Assembly: GCA_964401175.1 (NCBI GenBank)
Contig: CAYNXN010000001.1
Location: 1 to 38,099, forward strand
Direction of reading: 5' to 3'
Origin: an uncultured Dehalococcoidales bacterium
GTDB taxonomy: Bacteria > Chloroflexota > Dehalococcoidia > GIF9 > AB-539-J10
DNA: 38,099 nt
Each line of letters opens with the position of its first letter. Position 1 is the stretch's first letter. Position numbers and translations under genes: made by a program. Shown here in pieces: positions 33,755-38,099 of this stretch. Under the pieces are notes generated by a model, which worked only from the letters and a program-made list of their open reading frames with translations, searched no databases and was not told the DNA's origin.

Positions 33755-34795
33755 TCACGGAAAGACAGGCAGCGACTCGAGCCCGGCAGTCTCCTCCAAC
33801 CCCAGCATGAGATTCATGTTCTGCACGGCCTCACCCGCCCCGCCTTTGACAAGGTTATCAATTGCGCTCAACACCAGCAAACGTCCCGTCCGCTGATCAT
33901 ACGCCGGAAACACATGGCAGTAGTTGCTGCCCCAGACGTGTTTGGTGGCCGGTGGGGCATCGACAACTTTGACAAACGCTGCTGTCCGGTAGTACTCCCG
34001 GTAGATCTCACGTATCGTGCGGTCCGGATACCCGCCTCCTTGCAGCGCGCCGAGATCCACCCGCGCATAGCATGAGCTGAGGATTCCGCGGCTCATCGGC
34101 ACCAGGTGCGGTAGAAAGAGCAATGCGTTGACCCGTTCATCCAGCGCACGGCATTCCTGCAGTATCTCAGGCATGTGACGATGCCCCGAGACAGCGTAGG
34201 CGGCAACGCTCTCATTGCATTCGGCATAGTGAGTCGTAAGCGTCAGGCTCCGGCCTGCCCCGGAGACTCCCGACTTGCTGTCAACAATTATGTCCCCTTC
34301 GATAATGCCCGCGGCGAGCGCCGGAGCCAGTGCAAGCAGCGCACCGGTGGGATAGCAGCCCGGATTCGCCACCAGGGCGGCTGTGGCGATACTGCTGTGG
34401 TATACCTCAGTCAGCCCGTATACCGCACTCTTCAGCAGGTCGGGGTATGGGTGCTCAACCTGGTACCACTTCTGATACTCGCCGGCATCTTTCAGCCTGA
34501 AGTCCGCGCTCGCGTCGACAACGCGGACACCGCGTTCAAGCAATGGACCGCAGGCCTCGGCACTCGCCTTGTGCGGCATCGCCGAAAAGACCACGTCCAC
34601 CTCGACATCCAGGTCCGGTGCTATGGTCATATCAACGCTCTGGAAATGTGGAAAGACCTCCGCCAGGCGTTTTCCCGCGGCGCTCCTGCCGGTGACGCAG
34701 ACCACCTCGACTGCCGGGTGACGGAACAGAATGCGGGCGATGTCCGCGCCGATGTATCCCGTGACGTTGATGATGCCGACCCGAATACGCGTCAT
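33755..34795 (-). CDS. argC: N-acetyl-gamma-glutamyl-phosphate reductase (ArgC; the LysY-type function cannot be excluded)
   Basis: IRVGIINVTGYIGADIARIL, NPGCYPTGALLALAP (catalytic Cys), SGVSGAGR, DNLVKGGAGEAVQNMN. The track start 34822 would include a TATAAT box, so ATG 34795 is preferred. Confidence 0.88.
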   Translation of the reverse strand: MTRIRVGIINVTGYIGADIARILFRHPAVEVVCVTGRSAAGKRLAEVFPHFQSVDMTIAPDLDVEVDVVFSAMPHKASAEACGPLLERGVRVVDASADFRLKDAGEYQKWYQVEHPYPDLLKSAVYGLTEVYHSSIATAALVANPGCYPTGALLALAPALAAGIIEGDIIVDSKSGVSGAGRSLTLTTHYAECNESVAAYAVSGHRHMPEILQECRALDERVNALLFLPHLVPMSRGILSSCYARVDLGALQGGGYPDRTIREIYREYYRTAAFVKVVDAPPATKHVWGSNYCHVFPAYDQRTGRLLVLSAIDNLVKGGAGEAVQNMNLMLGLEETAGLESLPVFP

Positions 34796-34807
34796 GACTG
34801 AGGGGCG

Positions 34808-34813
34808 ATTATA
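34808..34813 (-). promoter_or_regulatory. putative -10 box for argC
   Basis: Minus strand: consensus TATAAT, then 12 nt (CGCCCCTCAGTC), then the argC ATG. No SD in between. Confidence 0.35.
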
Positions 34814-34933
34814 CAACATCACGGCTGTTGCGGTCCTGCAGCTGAGGGAGGGGGTATTGGCGTACAGCTTTGACGCGGATGGGCCCTTTGCGATACATTA
34901 CACCCTTCATTTCCGAAGGGAGGCGCACTATAC

Positions 34934-36169
<1,236 letters not shown>

Positions 36170-36178
36170 CTCCGCCCC

Positions 36179-36208
36179 TTGACATAGACCGGCAGCCGTA
36201 ACGATAAT
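36179..36208 (+). promoter_or_regulatory. putative promoter of tRNA-Gly
   Basis: Consensus TTGACA (36179-36184), 18-nt spacer, GATAAT (36203-36208). The tRNA 5' end is 14 nt downstream. Confidence 0.5.
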
Positions 36209-36222
36209 AGCCACAGCCAAGA

Positions 36223-36297
36223 GCGGGCGTAACTCAGCGGTAGAGTTCCTGCTTCCCAAGCAGGCTGTCGCGGGTTCGAATCCCGTCGCCCGCTCCA
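36223..36297 (+). tRNA. tRNA-Gly (anticodon CCC), CCA encoded
   Basis: GCGGGCG UA ACUC AGCGGUA GAGU U CCUGC UUCCCAA GCAGG CUGUC GCGGG UUCGAAU CCCGU CGCCCGC U CCA. The U73 discriminator is the bacterial GlyRS identity type. Confidence 0.93.
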
Positions 36298-36433
36298 TTC
36301 CTTTGCTCGCAATCCCGGTCATTAGCCGTACAGGAATGGACACCCACCCGGGCGGCCCCTCCCTGCTATCGGTCCATGTTGTTGGCCATCTTCCCGGGCT
36401 GCGAGCGACTACGCAGTGGGAGTTGTAGCACTC

Positions 36434-38099
36434 ATGACAACATGTCTTCGGTCCAGGCGAATCATTGCGTTGCTGCTCGCGGGGATACTGACCATCCTCC
36501 CGGCTGTCTCCTGTGGCCCCGTTGGAGAACTGCTTGCCCCTGGCAACGAGACGCAACCCGCCAGTCAGGCTGGCTCTCCCTCGCCCCGGCCCCCACGTCC
36601 AAGCGGCACTATCGCTGTAGGGCCAACCACGGTGGTTGCATCACAGGTGCTGGGACAAGACGGCGGCAGCATCACGGTGAGTAACCCCGGAGCGCCCCTC
36701 GACGGACTGACCCTGAACGTGCCCCAGGGCGCCTACTCGACTTCATTTCAGGTGAATGTGTCGTTTGCACCTGTTTCCGGCCATTCATTCGGCGAGCACT
36801 TCAATCCGGCCACACCGCTCATAAGCATCGAAAACGGCGGTCAATTTGCGGCAGAGTTCATGACCCTGACAATACCCGTCGATATCCCTGACGACCACTT
36901 CGCCATGGCCTTCTACTACGATGACGAGACGGGGACCCTTGAGGGCATCCCCTCATCGACACAGGACAGCGGTTCAATCACCGTCGTCACGCGCCACTTC
37001 AGCAAGCTGCTGGTGAGCATTATTAAGAACGACGTCCTCGGCGACCTGCTCAAGAAGGGAATCGACTCGGGATTCCGTCCAGGAGCTGATGATTGGCAGT
37101 TCACCAATTACGGGTCATACATTGCCCCCGGCGGCCATTGTGCCGGTCAGTCGGTCAGTGCGATGTGGTACTACTGCGAGAAGCCGGACGGCGAGGATCC
37201 GTTCTTGTGGAATCTGTACGATAACAACGGAGACGAGCCCGCCACTCCCGATATGTGGGAGGACGATTCGCGTGGCTACCGGTTGGCATCTACGGTGCAA
37301 CACGACATCAACTGGGGCAAGTTCGAGGTTGATTTCCAGCGCCAGTTGCGCGGAACGCATGACGAGTACCATTTCAAAGCATTCGCCTATGCAATTCTGC
37401 TGACGGGTGAGCCACAGTACGTCGGGATATCCAGTACGGCTGGAGGCGGCCATGCCATGATCGCGTACCGGGCGGACAGCAAGGGCATCGACATCGCCGA
37501 TCCAAACTACCCCGGCAAGACGGATCGTAGAATCCTCTACAAGGACGGCCGGTTCACGCCCTACAACTCCGGCGCCAACGCGGATGAGATCGCGGCCGGG
37601 AACGGGAAGGCGTATGACCTCATCGGCTACATGGCGAAGACGGCGATTGTCGACTGGTCGCTGCTGTCCAGTCGCTGGGCGGAGTTTAAGGACGGCACCA
37701 TCGGCAACGACCGGTTCCCCGCGTATGAGATCACCACACTTGACGCTGAGGCCCGGGAAGTGCCGCTGGTGGATGGCCATGAGGCCGAATCAGACAAGCT
37801 CAGAATCAAGGTTCAGTCCACTGCCACGGCCCTCGGCACCAGGGTCTTGCGCAATGGGACGCGTCTTCCCTCGGACGAAGGCGGGTTCTATGAGCTTGTC
37901 GAGGGCAACAACCGGCTCGGCATCGACGTGTGGGGTGAAGTGGGCAGCGGCGCGCAGGCTTCGTGGGAGTACATCGATTTTCAGTACATCGACGTCTGGT
38001 ACGGCCCCAAGGAGACCACCGGCTGCAAGGGATGGGTCCTCGAGTCCGTGACTCCTGACTGGGCGCCCAAGGAGAAGAAGTGGGGCGACCAGTATGAGA
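36434..38099 (+). CDS. putative secreted lipoprotein with a papain-fold cysteine peptidase-like domain (3' end outside the window)
   Basis: Absent from the ORF track because there is no stop before the window end. My translation from ATG 36434 gives MTTCLRSRRIIALLLAGILTILPAVSCGP... (signal peptide plus lipobox-like AVSC), a Pro/Ser-rich linker, then ...WQFTNYGSYIAPGGHCAGQSVSAMWYY...STAGGGHAMIAYRADSKGIDIADPNYPG.... The frame stays open for 555 codons. Confidence 0.65.
   Translation, partial: MTTCLRSRRIIALLLAGILTILPAVSCGPVGELLAPGNETQPASQAGSPSPRPPRPSGTIAVGPTTVVASQVLGQDGGSITVSNPGAPLDGLTLNVPQGAYSTSFQVNVSFAPVSGHSFGEHFNPATPLISIENGGQFAAEFMTLTIPVDIPDDHFAMAFYYDDETGTLEGIPSSTQDSGSITVVTRHFSKLLVSIIKNDVLGDLLKKGIDSGFRPGADDWQFTNYGSYIAPGGHCAGQSVSAMWYYCEKPDGEDPFLWNLYDNNGDEPATPDMWEDDSRGYRLASTVQHDINWGKFEVDFQRQLRGTHDEYHFKAFAYAILLTGEPQYVGISSTAGGGHAMIAYRADSKGIDIADPNYPGKTDRRILYKDGRFTPYNSGANADEIAAGNGKAYDLIGYMAKTAIVDWSLLSSRWAEFKDGTIGNDRFPAYEITTLDAEAREVPLVDGHEAESDKLRIKVQSTATALGTRVLRNGTRLPSDEGGFYELVEGNNRLGIDVWGEVGSGAQASWEYIDFQYIDVWYGPKETTGCKGWVLESVTPDWAPKEKKWGDQYE

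Overview
GC-rich (roughly 60%) chromosomal segment with bacterial hallmarks: GGAGG-type Shine-Dalgarno sites, uvrC, xerD, rimI, hisZ, a bacterial-type 5S rRNA, and a tRNA-Gly with U73 and encoded CCA. Gene content would fit a Chloroflexota-like organism, but taxonomy cannot be established from this window. No CRISPR array, transposase, phage or defence module was seen.

Gene order:
(i) 1-7412, a minus-strand six-gene operon of 2-hydroxy-/sugar-acid enzymes: an IlvD/Edd dehydratase, a LarA-type nickel-pincer racemase/epimerase, three paralogous GlcD-type FAD oxidases, and a SAF-less UxaA-type dehydratase.
(ii) guaA, then purD-purE-purB-purC on the plus strand.
(iii) pfkA coupled to a LacD-family class I aldolase.
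(iv) hisZ-hisG-hisD-hisC-hisB, in which hisG is an internally duplicated 478-aa fusion.
(v) NfeD(long)-NfeD(short)-stomatin.
(vi) pyrD and rimI.
(vii) A pncC(CinA-C)-sepS-pscS operon (O-phosphoseryl-tRNA synthetase plus Sep-tRNA:Cys-tRNA synthase), directly preceded by a stand-alone 5S rRNA gene.
(viii) DUF72, uvrC, xerD, a small tail-anchored protein, pcm, tRNA-Glu(UUC), argC, a LeuA/NifV-family synthase, tRNA-Gly(CCC), and a 3'-truncated lipoprotein with a papain-like Cys/His/Asp signature.

Most notable observations:
- The archaeal-type tRNA-dependent cysteine pathway sits in a bacterial context.
- The 5S rRNA gene is unlinked from 23S/16S.
- The duplicated hisG shows complementary motif decay between its two halves.
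- The hydroxyacid operon carries three oxidase paralogs.
- First genes of transcription units repeatedly have an (extended) -10 box 8-14 nt upstream of the start codon with no Shine-Dalgarno, suggesting leaderless or near-leaderless mRNAs.

Many long ORFs in the track are antisense shadow ORFs typical of high-GC DNA and were not called.
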